The notes under the pieces: generated by a model
What the model was told of the DNA's origin: nothing
Seen by the model: the letters and a program-made list of their open reading frames with translations, nothing else
The model's database searches: none
Part shown: positions 15,776 through 24,478 of the stretch, in pieces
Layout of the letters: each line of letters starts with the position of its first letter
Position numbering within the stretch: the stretch's first letter is position 1
Position numbers and translations under genes: made by a program
Assembly (NCBI GenBank): GCA_022561055.1
Contig: JADFRY010000003.1
Location: forward strand, 35,357-99,356
Length of the DNA: 64,000 bases
Reading direction: 5' to 3'
Source: Nanobdellota archaeon
GTDB lineage: Archaea > Nanobdellota > Nanobdellia > Pacearchaeales > GW2011-AR1

Positions 15776-16243
15776 TTATTTTTCTTCCTTCTTAACTCTC
15801 TCTTCTTCTTCCCTTCTTATGACTCTAACATTATCAATTTTGACTGTGACAGGAATTGGTACTGCTGCGCCGAGAAGAGAAACGACAACTTCTCCTTTCT
15901 TTTTGTCAATCCTCATGACTTTGCCTTTTTCTTTTTTAAAGTGCTCTGCAATCATCTCAACTATGTCTCCAATCTCAATATTAAAATCTTCGGCTTCTGG
16001 CTGTAACATATTTTTAATTTCGTCATAAGTAACAGTCTTGCCAATAATTCCTTTAACATACGGCAGATTAAATGCAGCTTCTTCAGCTGATTCCCTGTCT
16101 TCTGCTTCTAGAATGATATAGCCTCGTAATCCATGCGGCTTAACAATAGAATAAACCTTAAGTTGTTTTTTTTGAGCCCTCTCTGTAATCATCTCCAATG
16201 CGCGCCCTTCCTTGTTTGTCGTTACTTTTATTATGAAAATCAT
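15776..16243 (-). CDS. spt5: Transcription elongation factor Spt5 (NusG)
   Basis: NGN domain (MIFIIKVTTNKE...GYIILEAED) plus KOW (GDIVEMIAEHFKKEKGKVMRIDKKKGEVVV). Sits upstream of rpl11. Confidence 0.9.
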   Translation of the reverse strand: MIFIIKVTTNKEGRALEMITERAQKKQLKVYSIVKPHGLRGYIILEAEDRESAEEAAFNLPYVKGIIGKTVTYDEIKNMLQPEAEDFNIEIGDIVEMIAEHFKKEKGKVMRIDKKKGEVVVSLLGAAVPIPVTVKIDNVRVIRREEEERVKKEEK

Positions 16244-16383
16244 TTGTCTAGTTCCGCTACATCTCTAAATATAAAATAAGAGAAGTAGTAATTTTAAAGG
16301 TTTTGAGGGGTTTATAAAGTTTCTTGTTATTCAAGCTTTATGAAATAAGTCTCCCTAATTCAGTCTACTTTTTTTACGTAATT

Positions 16384-17028
16384 TTAGGTTAGATACTTTA
16401 GTCTAAATTTCTCTGCCTTCTCAAAAATGATGGGCAGAGCAGAGTAATAATTATCTTCTTCATCTAGATATTTCTTCAATTCATCTGGGCTTAGCCATCT
16501 GAACTTTAAGACTTCCTTATCCTTAAACTCCAAATCAGTCTTAGTGGTTAGGATAAGTCCAAAACCAACCCATTCATTATTAATAGATGTCCTATAATGG
16601 AATCTCTCACATATATAACCTATAGTTCCATTTAATTCTTTAGAAGCTTCCAGAAACTCATTCAGTGAATAAAACACCTTAACGTCTAACCCTATTTCTT
16701 CATCTGTTTCTTTTATGAGATTCTCCTCAAATGATAAGGGTTTATACTCTCCATTTTTCTTTTCATAACAATTATGTCCAGCAACACCCACATCCCATTT
16801 GGGACTATGAGCACCATCATGCTTTTTGGGTTGCTTAAGTTGAAGTCCATATTTTCTTAGGGTTGGATTGTAAACCATCGCCCATGTACTATAATGGGTC
16901 AGCTTGGGTCTAACGCCTTCTTTATGAGCATATTCTTTAGGTATGGGGGCAACAATAGTGCCGTCTGACTTACAATGAATTATATATTCCACATCATCTT
17001 TTAACTCATTTCCGTTTATGTCTTTCAT
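16384..17028 (-). CDS. NUDIX-family hydrolase (COG1443/Idi-YfcD-like)
   Basis: KWDVGVAGHNCY...SFEENLIKETDEEIGL resembles the Nudix box (RE-x2-EE-x-GL with R->K). Confidence 0.55.
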   Translation of the reverse strand: MKDINGNELKDDVEYIIHCKSDGTIVAPIPKEYAHKEGVRPKLTHYSTWAMVYNPTLRKYGLQLKQPKKHDGAHSPKWDVGVAGHNCYEKKNGEYKPLSFEENLIKETDEEIGLDVKVFYSLNEFLEASKELNGTIGYICERFHYRTSINNEWVGFGLILTTKTDLEFKDKEVLKFRWLSPDELKKYLDEEDNYYSALPIIFEKAEKFRLKYLT

Positions 17029-17116
17029 TCTTCCCCATTCACAAACTCCCCAACATTATCCTCAATGTCCTTCTTCTCAGTCAATCCCTTAGATATACTA
17101 TATTCTTCAATTCTTG

Positions 17117-17299
17117 TTATTCAGTAAAAACCTTAATAATTGTAGAAATAATAAATCCAACAAGGCCTAAAGCTAAGATACCAAGAGCCGATACTTTTGA
17201 AATTAATTTAAATTCATGGGCAGAGGGTTTTTTCAAAATGTGCCAGACTCTTTTTGATTGCAAAAAAAAGGATTTTATTTCTTGAGCGATTTTTACCAT
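17117..17299 (-). CDS. secE: Protein translocase subunit SecE (Sec61 gamma)
   Basis: 60 aa. KKPSAHEFKLISKVSALGILALGLVGFIISTI single TM. Canonical position between ftsZ and spt5. Confidence 0.8.
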   Translation of the reverse strand: MVKIAQEIKSFFLQSKRVWHILKKPSAHEFKLISKVSALGILALGLVGFIISTIIKVFTE

Positions 17300-17328
17300 A
17301 ATAGAAAAAAGAAAAGATGTTTTTAAAG

Positions 17329-18423
17329 TTATTCTTTAATAAATTTAATTCCGAGCTCTTCTTCTAATTGGTCTTGCTCTCCCTTTGAGAAAGTCATATC
17401 AGATCCGAGAATTTGAGAGCTTTTTACGCCGGTGACAATTAACATGACTTTGATTGATTTTTCCATGTCAGCTGAGATTTGCGCTCCTGAGATTATTTTT
17501 GCATCTGGGGAGATTTTATTTCCGACTGCTTCCATAACTATTTTATATTCATCTAATGACATGTCAGGGCCACCAATTATATTTACCAATGCTCCTCCTG
17601 CATCCTCTATATTTACGTCTAAAAGAGGGTTATTAATTGCTCTATCTACCGCTTCTAAAGCTCTGTTTTCAGATACGTCTGATTCGCCTATGCCTATCAG
17701 AGAAACACCTCCGTTGGACATAACTGCTTTAACATCGGCAAAGTCTAGATTAACTAATCCAGATGATGTAATTAGTTCTGCAATGCCTTTAACCGCATTC
17801 GTAAGGATTTCGTCTGCAACTTTGAAGGCTGTGTGTAAAGGCAATTCTGGCGCGAGTTCAAGAAGTTTATCATTGGGAATAACGATTAAAGTATCTGTAA
17901 CAGATTCCATTCTTTCTAAACCATATTGTGCGTTTTCTATTCTTTTCTGCCCTTCTACTGTGAATGGCAAAGTTACCACTCCTATGACTAAAGCTCCTTG
18001 TTTTTTTGCAATTTCTGCTACTATTGGAGCTGCTCCGGTTCCTGTTCCACCGCCTAGACCACATGTAATAAAAATCATATCTGAATTTGATAATTTTTTT
18101 CTAATTTCTTGTTCAGACTCACGGGCAGCTTCTTCTCCTATTTTTGGATTACTGCCAGCACCAAGGCCATTTGTTAATTCCCTCCCTATTAGGATTTTAT
18201 GATCAGAATTAGTGTAAAGTAAATCCTGGGCATCGGTATTCATTGCTATAACTTCACATCCTTTAATTCCTATTTCTTTCATTCTTGAGACAGAATTACC
18301 TCCCCCACCACCGATACCAACTACTTTTATTCTCGTTGACTGGGTTTGAAGTAAAGATTCTAGCTCTTGATCAATAGATGCAACATCTTTGGGACCCTCT
18401 CTTTCTATGGTTATTTCATCCAT
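17329..18423 (-). CDS. ftsZ: Cell division GTPase FtsZ
   Basis: GIGGGGGNSV and the tubulin signature GLGGGTGTGAAP. Confidence 0.95.
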   Translation of the reverse strand: MDEITIEREGPKDVASIDQELESLLQTQSTRIKVVGIGGGGGNSVSRMKEIGIKGCEVIAMNTDAQDLLYTNSDHKILIGRELTNGLGAGSNPKIGEEAARESEQEIRKKLSNSDMIFITCGLGGGTGTGAAPIVAEIAKKQGALVIGVVTLPFTVEGQKRIENAQYGLERMESVTDTLIVIPNDKLLELAPELPLHTAFKVADEILTNAVKGIAELITSSGLVNLDFADVKAVMSNGGVSLIGIGESDVSENRALEAVDRAINNPLLDVNIEDAGGALVNIIGGPDMSLDEYKIVMEAVGNKISPDAKIISGAQISADMEKSIKVMLIVTGVKSSQILGSDMTFSKGEQDQLEEELGIKFIKE

Positions 18424-18476
18424 ATCTTACCGAAATTAAGAATGTTTATAAGAATTGTTATACAAGCGTAATAGGA

Positions 18477-19160
18477 TTATTGCGTGGCTTGTTTCTGTGT
18501 TTCTTTCTCTTCTTTTTTTATTTTCTCTTCTTTCTCCTCAAGCTTAAACTCTAACTCTTTTCCCATGACTTCTTTAAATTTATCTTTGTAAAAATTAACT
18601 ATGCCTTCTATTGGTTTGGGTCCTTCAATGATTACTTTATTATCTTGAATATTAAATTTTGGTATAATTTTAAAAAAGAATTTAAAAAATGCTTTGCATT
18701 TTTCTTTGTCATCTTGGAGTTTACGAATAATTTTAAATTTATAATCAAGGTCTTTGCCAGCCAATGGGTTATTAAAATCTGTTATAACTCTTGCTCCTGA
18801 AATAGTTATTATGCGGACAAGCATGTTATCTAAAAGAAGAGTTGCTCCGGGATAAGGATTTATATTTTGTTTTGTGAAGACATTAAGAGGAATTGTCTTT
18901 ACTAGTTCTCTTTTTCTTTCTCCAAAACCTTCCTTGTAAGGAACATGAATTTTATATTCTTTTTCAATTTCTTTCCCTTCTAAAGCTTTGTCTAAACCAG
19001 AAACTACCATTCCTTGACCAATGATGACGATTGTTTTCTCTGGCTTTGCTTCTGGACTTAGTTTCTTTAAATCTTCAGGAATATTAGAGTCAAATACCTT
19101 TCCATCATAATAACCTGTAAATTTTATTTCAACGAAATCATTTTTGTTTGTTGTTTCCAT
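18477..19160 (-). CDS. FKBP-type peptidyl-prolyl cis-trans isomerase (SlyD-like) with K/E-rich C-tail
   Basis: VEIKFTGYYDGKVFDSN...GQGMVVSGLDKALEGKE...HVPYKEGFGERK. Confidence 0.8.
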   Translation of the reverse strand: METTNKNDFVEIKFTGYYDGKVFDSNIPEDLKKLSPEAKPEKTIVIIGQGMVVSGLDKALEGKEIEKEYKIHVPYKEGFGERKRELVKTIPLNVFTKQNINPYPGATLLLDNMLVRIITISGARVITDFNNPLAGKDLDYKFKIIRKLQDDKEKCKAFFKFFFKIIPKFNIQDNKVIIEGPKPIEGIVNFYKDKFKEVMGKELEFKLEEKEEKIKKEEKETQKQATQ

Positions 19161-19211
19161 GTAAACTCTGAAAATAATAAGTTTTATAAACGTTTCTTGT
19201 GAGAAGGAGAT

Positions 19212-19601
19212 ATGGTTTTAAAATTAATTAATGCGACAGAGGCTAAACCTGGCTCAACTATAAATATCGACGGTGAACCTTATATAGTTAGGAGTAATGA
19301 TATTAGCAAGACTGGTAAACACGGACACGCTAAATGTAGAATTGAGGCTGTGGGGGTTTTTAATTCTAAAAAAAAGGTTTTGGCTGTTCCGGGCCATGAA
19401 AGATTTGAAGTACCAATGATTAATAAAAAAAAGGGACAGATTTTGAATGTCTCTAATGGAACAGCCTCTGTAATGGACTTAGAAAGTTTTGAAACTCTTG
19501 AATTATCTTATCCTAAAGAATTAAAAGGAGAGCTTGCTCCTGAAAAACAAGTTGAGTATTGGGATGTCGAAGGTAAAAAGGGAATAAGGAGAGTTTTATA
19601 A
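19212..19601 (+). CDS. aif5A: Translation initiation factor 5A (aIF5A)
   Basis: Hypusine loop SKTGKHGHAKCRIEAVGVF. Confidence 0.9.
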   Translation: MVLKLINATEAKPGSTINIDGEPYIVRSNDISKTGKHGHAKCRIEAVGVFNSKKKVLAVPGHERFEVPMINKKKGQILNVSNGTASVMDLESFETLELSYPKELKGELAPEKQVEYWDVEGKKGIRRVL

Positions 19602-19635
19602 GATGATAAAAAAAGCAATGGTTGCTGGACTCCTA

Positions 19636-19695
19636 GACGTCAAGAATGCTGAAAGTTGCATTCTTGAGCGCGTCCAAGAACTAGTAAGTTCTTGG
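19636..19695 (+). other. Two adjacent strong hairpins in the aIF5A-rpl40e spacer
   Basis: Hairpin 1: GACG-TCAAGAATGC / GCATTCTTGA-(GCG)-CGTC, a 10-bp perfect stem plus a 4-bp extension, with an 8-nt loop. Hairpin 2: CCAAGAAC / GTTCTTGG, 8 bp with a 6-nt loop. They are followed by the palindrome CCAGCTGG overlapping SD GGAGG. Confidence 0.45.
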
Positions 19696-19715
19696 CGACC
19701 AGCTGGAGGTTGTAG

Positions 19716-19886
19716 ATGGCAACAAAAATAGCTGCTGCACAAACAAGATTATACAAAAATGTTTTTGTCTGTAAAAACTGCGGACAAAAGATGAGAACTG
19801 ACGCATTAAAAGTAATATCAAAAAAGATCAAGTGCAGAAGATGTGACAAGCACGTTTTTAGACCTATAAAGTCTAAGAAAAAATAA
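19716..19886 (+). CDS. rpl40e: Ribosomal protein L40e (eL40), 56 aa, absent from ORF track
   Basis: My translation is MATKIAAAQTRLYKNVFVCKNCGQKMRTDALKVISKKIKCRRCDKHVFRPIKSKKK. CxxC...CxxC and RP-x-K tail typical of archaeal L40e. SD GGAGGT 6 nt upstream. Confidence 0.8.
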   Translation: MATKIAAAQTRLYKNVFVCKNCGQKMRTDALKVISKKIKCRRCDKHVFRPIKSKKK

Positions 19887-19909
19887 AAATAAAGAGGAAT
19901 AAAAGTAAT

Positions 19910-21322
19910 ATGGTGGGTTTTATTGTTTATGATTTGGCATTCATGGTACTGTTTACAATAGTTGTAATTTTTTTGCTTCATAAAGACAGAAAAAATTTGA
20001 AACGGCATGGATGGTTGTTTCTTTACTACAGCAAATTCGGATTGCGATTTATTGATTGGACTGCGAAAAAATTTGAAAAAATATTGAAACCGTTGCAATA
20101 TGTTGTAATTACTTCTGGTTACTTGCTAATGATTTTCATAGTGTGGCTTATTAGTTTTACTACATATCTATATGTTACATCCCCGATACCTGAACAACTG
20201 CGAAATGTTCCCCCAATTGCGCCATTAATACCTTATTTTCCTAGATTATTTAATTTAGAATCTATTTTTCCTCCTTTATTCTTTACTTATTTCCTAATTG
20301 CATTGGCTATTGTTGCAGTTTCACATGAATTTTCTCATGGTATTTTTGCAAGGCTTAATAAAATAAAAGTTAAAACAACTGGGCTTGCATTTTTTGGGCC
20401 ATTTTTTGGAGCTTTTGTTGAGCCAGATGAAAAACAAATGCAAAAATCTAAGAAATTCCAGCAACTTTCTATTTTAGCTGCAGGAACTTTTGCTAATGTT
20501 GTAATGTCTATTTTGTTTGTTTTAATTTTATGGTGGTTTTTTTCCATAAGTTTTGCTCCTGCAGGAGTTAATTTTAATACTTATCCTCAGGCAGTTATTA
20601 ATCTTAGTTTGATAACAATGGTCGGGAATAATAATATTAATGAGATATCAGAAATCCCTGACTTAATTGAGGATGATTTCAATGAAATAATTGCTGATGG
20701 AACTTTATTTTTAGTTAGAGGTGAAAGTTTGAAGAAGGCTATTGAATTGAAAGCAGAACAGATAATTGTTTTTGACGACGCGCCTGCTGTCAGAGCAAGA
20801 TTAAGAAGCCCTATCCTATCAATTAATGGTGAACAGATTACGAGTCCTCAAGAACTTAGTCGTGAAATAAAGAGAAACAGACCCGGAGACAGTATAGAAA
20901 TCATAACATTAGTTGACGATAACGAGATAAAACAAACTATTGAACTTGCTGAAAGGGATGGAAAAGCTTATCTTGGAGTTGGATTTTTAGAGAGAAATAG
21001 GAAGGGGTTTGTAGGAAGTTTATTTTCTTTGATTCAAAAAATAAGAGATCCTTTCGTTCATTATGAGCCTGTGTGGGACAACAATTTTCCACAATTTATA
21101 TATGATTTGTTATGGTGGATTGTTATAATTAATATTCTTGTTGCCCTCTTCAATATGTTGCCAGTCTCTATTTTAGATGGAGGAAGATTTTTCTATTTAA
21201 CAATTTGGGGCATAACTGGAAGTGAAAAGTTTGGTAAAAAAGCGTTCGCATTTACAACTTGGGTTATCCTTGCTTTCCTTGCATTGATGATGATCAAATG
21301 GTTCATCAGTTTTGTTAGTTAA
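19910..21322 (+). CDS. Site-2 protease family (M50) intramembrane metalloprotease with PDZ domain
   Basis: HEFSHGIFAR (HExxH) and NMLPVSILDGG (NxxPxxxxDG). Polytopic. Central PDZ-like segment. Confidence 0.85.
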   Translation: MVGFIVYDLAFMVLFTIVVIFLLHKDRKNLKRHGWLFLYYSKFGLRFIDWTAKKFEKILKPLQYVVITSGYLLMIFIVWLISFTTYLYVTSPIPEQLRNVPPIAPLIPYFPRLFNLESIFPPLFFTYFLIALAIVAVSHEFSHGIFARLNKIKVKTTGLAFFGPFFGAFVEPDEKQMQKSKKFQQLSILAAGTFANVVMSILFVLILWWFFSISFAPAGVNFNTYPQAVINLSLITMVGNNNINEISEIPDLIEDDFNEIIADGTLFLVRGESLKKAIELKAEQIIVFDDAPAVRARLRSPILSINGEQITSPQELSREIKRNRPGDSIEIITLVDDNEIKQTIELAERDGKAYLGVGFLERNRKGFVGSLFSLIQKIRDPFVHYEPVWDNNFPQFIYDLLWWIVIINILVALFNMLPVSILDGGRFFYLTIWGITGSEKFGKKAFAFTTWVILAFLALMMIKWFISFVS

Positions 21323-21357
21323 ATAGTTTTTTATATATGTAATTAAAGATTTTTGAC

Positions 21358-22002
21358 ATGAGTCATATTTTAATAGGTTTAGACAGAGATAATACTCTTA
21401 TTAGAGATAGTGGTTATCTTGGAAGAGATGACTCGTGGAAAAGGCAATTAGAGTTTTGTCAGGGTGTGGTTGATGGACTTAAAATTTTAAAAAGTAATCC
21501 TAGGTTTAAGATTATTGTTGCAACAAATCAGGCAGGCGTAGCACTAGGATACTTCCCTCCTGAGAGAACTGATGAAATTAATAGAACAATAGATGATTTA
21601 TTAAGAGATAATGGTGTGGTTTTAGACGGATGGTATTCTTGTCCTTATGTTGGAAAAGATTATGCGACAGAAAGGGGAATTCCATTAGATAGTCAATGGG
21701 TAAAAGAAACAGACATGAGAAAGCCAGGCATAGGAATGTTAAGACAGGCTGCTAGTGACTTAAAATTATATTGGGATAAATTAACTAGGGAAGGAAAGAT
21801 TTTTTTTATTGGAGATAAACCAAGTGATGTGGAAACTGGGCTAAATGCTAAGGGTTATGGAATTTTTGTACCTATGCCTGGAATTCCAGATAGTGAATTT
21901 AGAAAAGTGCACAGACTTGCTAAAGAAAATCAGGGAAGAGTCCATATAGACTTAAACTTTTCTAAAGCTTCTCAACGCATTATTAATTTAGTGAAAGACT
22001 AG
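21358..22002 (+). CDS. HAD-IIIA phosphatase, GmhB (D,D-heptose 1,7-bisphosphate phosphatase)/histidinol-phosphatase-like
   Basis: GLDRDNTLI (DxDxT), VATNQAGVALGYF, MRKPGIGML, FIGDKPSDVETG. Confidence 0.65.
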   Translation: MSHILIGLDRDNTLIRDSGYLGRDDSWKRQLEFCQGVVDGLKILKSNPRFKIIVATNQAGVALGYFPPERTDEINRTIDDLLRDNGVVLDGWYSCPYVGKDYATERGIPLDSQWVKETDMRKPGIGMLRQAASDLKLYWDKLTREGKIFFIGDKPSDVETGLNAKGYGIFVPMPGIPDSEFRKVHRLAKENQGRVHIDLNFSKASQRIINLVKD

Positions 22003-22007
22003 ATTAG

Positions 22008-22358
22008 TTAAATGAATTCAATTCCTTTTTTTGTGAACACGACGAGTCTTATGCCGACGGGTAAGCTTAAAAGTGCAGAGATTAAAGCCATGTGTTCTTT
22101 GCCGTTTCCTGAAGCGATTGAGAGACAAGCATCAAACTCTGAGAATTTTCCTTTTAATTTGTTCATTAAATCTTTCTTGATATCTATTAAAGACTTAGAA
22201 GAATCTATGATAATTGATTCTGCGCTTTTGGGAGTCGGATAAGATTTCGCTGTTTTTGTTTTCACCAAGATAATTTTGTCCCAGTTCCCGCGATTAATCA
22301 ATCCTGTGACTTGGCCCCAAGTTTCTTTGTCGTTTCCAATAAATGCGATTAATTCCAT
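22008..22358 (-). CDS. Hypothetical 116-aa protein
   Basis: ORF with an alpha/beta-like alternation pattern. No motif recognised. Confidence 0.4.
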   Translation of the reverse strand: MELIAFIGNDKETWGQVTGLINRGNWDKIILVKTKTAKSYPTPKSAESIIIDSSKSLIDIKKDLMNKLKGKFSEFDACLSIASGNGKEHMALISALLSLPVGIRLVVFTKKGIEFI

Positions 22359-22413
22359 TTTAGAATTTAAATAATTAGATTTATAATGATTATTGTTCTT
22401 TGGTTTATAGAAA

Positions 22414-22863
22414 ATGGTAAGAGATGTGCCTCTTAGTGAGATTACATTGAGGAAATATGAAAGGCCTTATGATTCTTCTAGAAGAGAGCTCGTTAGAAAG
22501 ATTTGTTTGTCATTAGGGCTTTTGCAACCGGGAGACTCCAGAGATGTTGTTGTTGATATTTTATTGTCTTTAGAAAATGCGAGGAAAGAAAGGAAAGAAT
22601 TAACGTCTGTGGAAATACAAGAGATCGTTAGAAAAATAAGAAAAGAAAATTCTTTGGATGAGAAAGGTCTGGCAGAAAGCAATGTCAGAAGACAGCTGAA
22701 AAGATTGAGAGATATCATGATAGTAGACAAAAAGAATAATCTTTATCGTTTATCAGAGTTTGAACCGCTCTCCGAAATTTTTGAGAAGAAGATTGAGGGT
22801 TTCTTGATTCCGCAAACTATTGACAGGATTAAAGAGTATTTGGATAAGTTGGATGAGGAATAA
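22414..22863 (+). CDS. Hypothetical protein, possible winged-helix DNA-binding protein
   Basis: LSEITLRKYERPY...ESNVRRQLKRLRDIMIVDKKNNLYRLSEF resembles a wHTH recognition helix plus wing. Weak call. Confidence 0.35.
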   Translation: MVRDVPLSEITLRKYERPYDSSRRELVRKICLSLGLLQPGDSRDVVVDILLSLENARKERKELTSVEIQEIVRKIRKENSLDEKGLAESNVRRQLKRLRDIMIVDKKNNLYRLSEFEPLSEIFEKKIEGFLIPQTIDRIKEYLDKLDEE

Positions 22864-22896
22864 ATTTATAAAGTCTTTTTCAAGCTCTACTTCGGC

Positions 22897-23760
22897 ATGG
22901 AAATATCTGAGATTTTAACACCCTATATAAGAGAGATTGGCCTAGAAGGACCAATAGAATATGAGTTGGGAGACGGTCTAATTGGTTGTGTATTTGATCC
23001 AGAAGAAAGAAAGCATAAAGTATTTTATCATTCCAAAGTTGATCAAAGAAGTTTAGAAGAATTTGACCCAAATAGACCTTATTTGGCAAATTTTATTCAT
23101 GAATTCTGTCATTTGCGATTGGCCGAGCAGATTGATCCTTCATTCGCTGTAATTGAAGTTATTGGAGTGGATAAAGAGAAAGCACTGTTTTATACTATCG
23201 AAAATGGTCTAGTTGATATTTGGGCTAATGATTTGTTTAATACTCATTTCCCTGATTTGTTCAGAGCCCATCATAGCAATTATGCAGGTAGGGTAAGGGC
23301 ATTTATAGAAAGTAAAACTTGGGGACATCTGTTACCGCCCGCGCTTCCTTATGCCTTAGGAAAAAATACTGCTGAATCTCGCAGATATGAACTTAAAGAA
23401 GTTGATTTCAGAAGGAAATTAAGACAAGCAGGATTTACTAGTAAAACTGTTAGAAGTCAAGCAGGAAAAGACTTAGCCAGAGTTTTCGGTCCAGCTTATA
23501 TTTCTAGATATAGAATTTATACTATAGAACAATTATGGGATCATTTAAGAAGAGAAAGAGGAGAGCCTGAACCTAGAACAATGGAATACATATCACATAT
23601 TGCTCAATTTTTAAGCGATGTTCCAGAAATACCTCGGAGCAGAGCTGAAGCACAAGAATTACATGAAGAAATGATAAATGGATTTGCGAGTATAGTTCGA
23701 CTTCCATTAAATGCTAAACTTGTAGACCAAAAACCAAGACCTACTTGGTATTTAGGTTAA
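22897..23760 (+). CDS. Hypothetical protein with HExxH motif (possible ImmA/IrrE-like zinc peptidase)
   Basis: FIHEFCHLRL followed about 28 aa later by ENGLVDIWANDLF (compare HExxH...E-x2-AN-x-FA). Confidence 0.4.
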   Translation: MEISEILTPYIREIGLEGPIEYELGDGLIGCVFDPEERKHKVFYHSKVDQRSLEEFDPNRPYLANFIHEFCHLRLAEQIDPSFAVIEVIGVDKEKALFYTIENGLVDIWANDLFNTHFPDLFRAHHSNYAGRVRAFIESKTWGHLLPPALPYALGKNTAESRRYELKEVDFRRKLRQAGFTSKTVRSQAGKDLARVFGPAYISRYRIYTIEQLWDHLRRERGEPEPRTMEYISHIAQFLSDVPEIPRSRAEAQELHEEMINGFASIVRLPLNAKLVDQKPRPTWYLG

Positions 23761-23764
23761 AGCC

Positions 23765-23780
23765 AAAACTTTATAAATCC
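23765..23780 (+). promoter_or_regulatory. BRE/TATA-like box upstream of the rpl1 operon
   Basis: AAAACTTTATAAATCC, about 90 nt before the rpl1 ATG. Implies a leader that contains hairpin 23814-23843 and SD AGGAGG. Confidence 0.4.
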
Positions 23781-23863
23781 TGATTTTCTCGATGAATTAA
23801 CCGATAACTACATCCAGGCATTATATTTTCTAGGAATGTCTGGCATGATGTAGGAGGTTAACA

Positions 23864-24478
23864 ATGGAACTGAAAAAAGCATTAGAAGAGCTTAGAAAAG
23901 AGAAGAAAAGAAAATTCGAACAGACTGTAGACTTAGTTGTTAACCTTAAAGGCATCAATCTCAGGAGAGATAACATCGCTCTTGTTATTAATATTCCGCA
24001 TAAAGTTAAAGACAAGAAAGTTTGTGGTTTCTTGACAAAGAAAAATGAACTTGTTGAAACAATAACAAAACCAGAATTTCAAAAGTATAAAGATAAAAAA
24101 ATTTTGAAAGGTCTTGTTGATGACTTTGACTTTTTTATTGCTAACGCATCATTGATGCCTGCTGTCGCAACTACTTTTGGCAAGGACTTGGGACCGGCAG
24201 GAAAAATGCCTTCCCCTCAACTTGGAATTATAACTCAAGAGACTCCTGAAGTTATTAAAACTCTCTTAAAAAAGATTTCTAAATCTATTAAAATAAGAGC
24301 GAAGGAAACAAGTATAAAAATTGCTGCCGGAAAAGAAAATATGAAAGACGAGGAAATTATTGATAACATAAAGGCTATTTATAATGCAATTGTTAACGCG
24401 CTTCCGACTAAAAAGGAAAATGTCAAGAACGTTTTGCTTAAATTCACAATGAGTAAACCAATTGAGGTGGACATGTGA
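23864..24478 (+). CDS. rpl1: Ribosomal protein L1 (uL1)
   Basis: KRKFEQTVDLVVNLKGINLRR...; size and the rpl1-rpl10-rpl12 context. Confidence 0.9.
   Translation: MELKKALEELRKEKKRKFEQTVDLVVNLKGINLRRDNIALVINIPHKVKDKKVCGFLTKKNELVETITKPEFQKYKDKKILKGLVDDFDFFIANASLMPAVATTFGKDLGPAGKMPSPQLGIITQETPEVIKTLLKKISKSIKIRAKETSIKIAAGKENMKDEEIIDNIKAIYNAIVNALPTKKENVKNVLLKFTMSKPIEVDM

Noticed and set aside
15200-16006. 268-aa plus-strand ORF
   Set aside because: It is antisense to rpl11 and spt5. The Ser/Phe/Leu-rich low-complexity translation mirrors the K/E-rich sense genes, and the sense genes have clear motifs.
17432-18202. 256-aa plus-strand ORF
   Set aside because: It is antisense to ftsZ, whose tubulin signature is unambiguous. 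It is a shadow ORF.
19603-19731. 42-aa ORF (MIKKAMVAGLLDVKNAESCILERVQELVSSWRPAGGCRWQQK) in the aIF5A-rpl40e spacer
   Set aside because: The sequence is dominated by two perfect palindromic stems and overlaps the rpl40e start out of frame. It is more plausibly RNA structure than coding. This is not excluded without conservation data.
19640-20098. 152-aa minus-strand ORF
   Set aside because: It is antisense to rpl40e and the start of the S2P protease gene, both of which have strong motifs.
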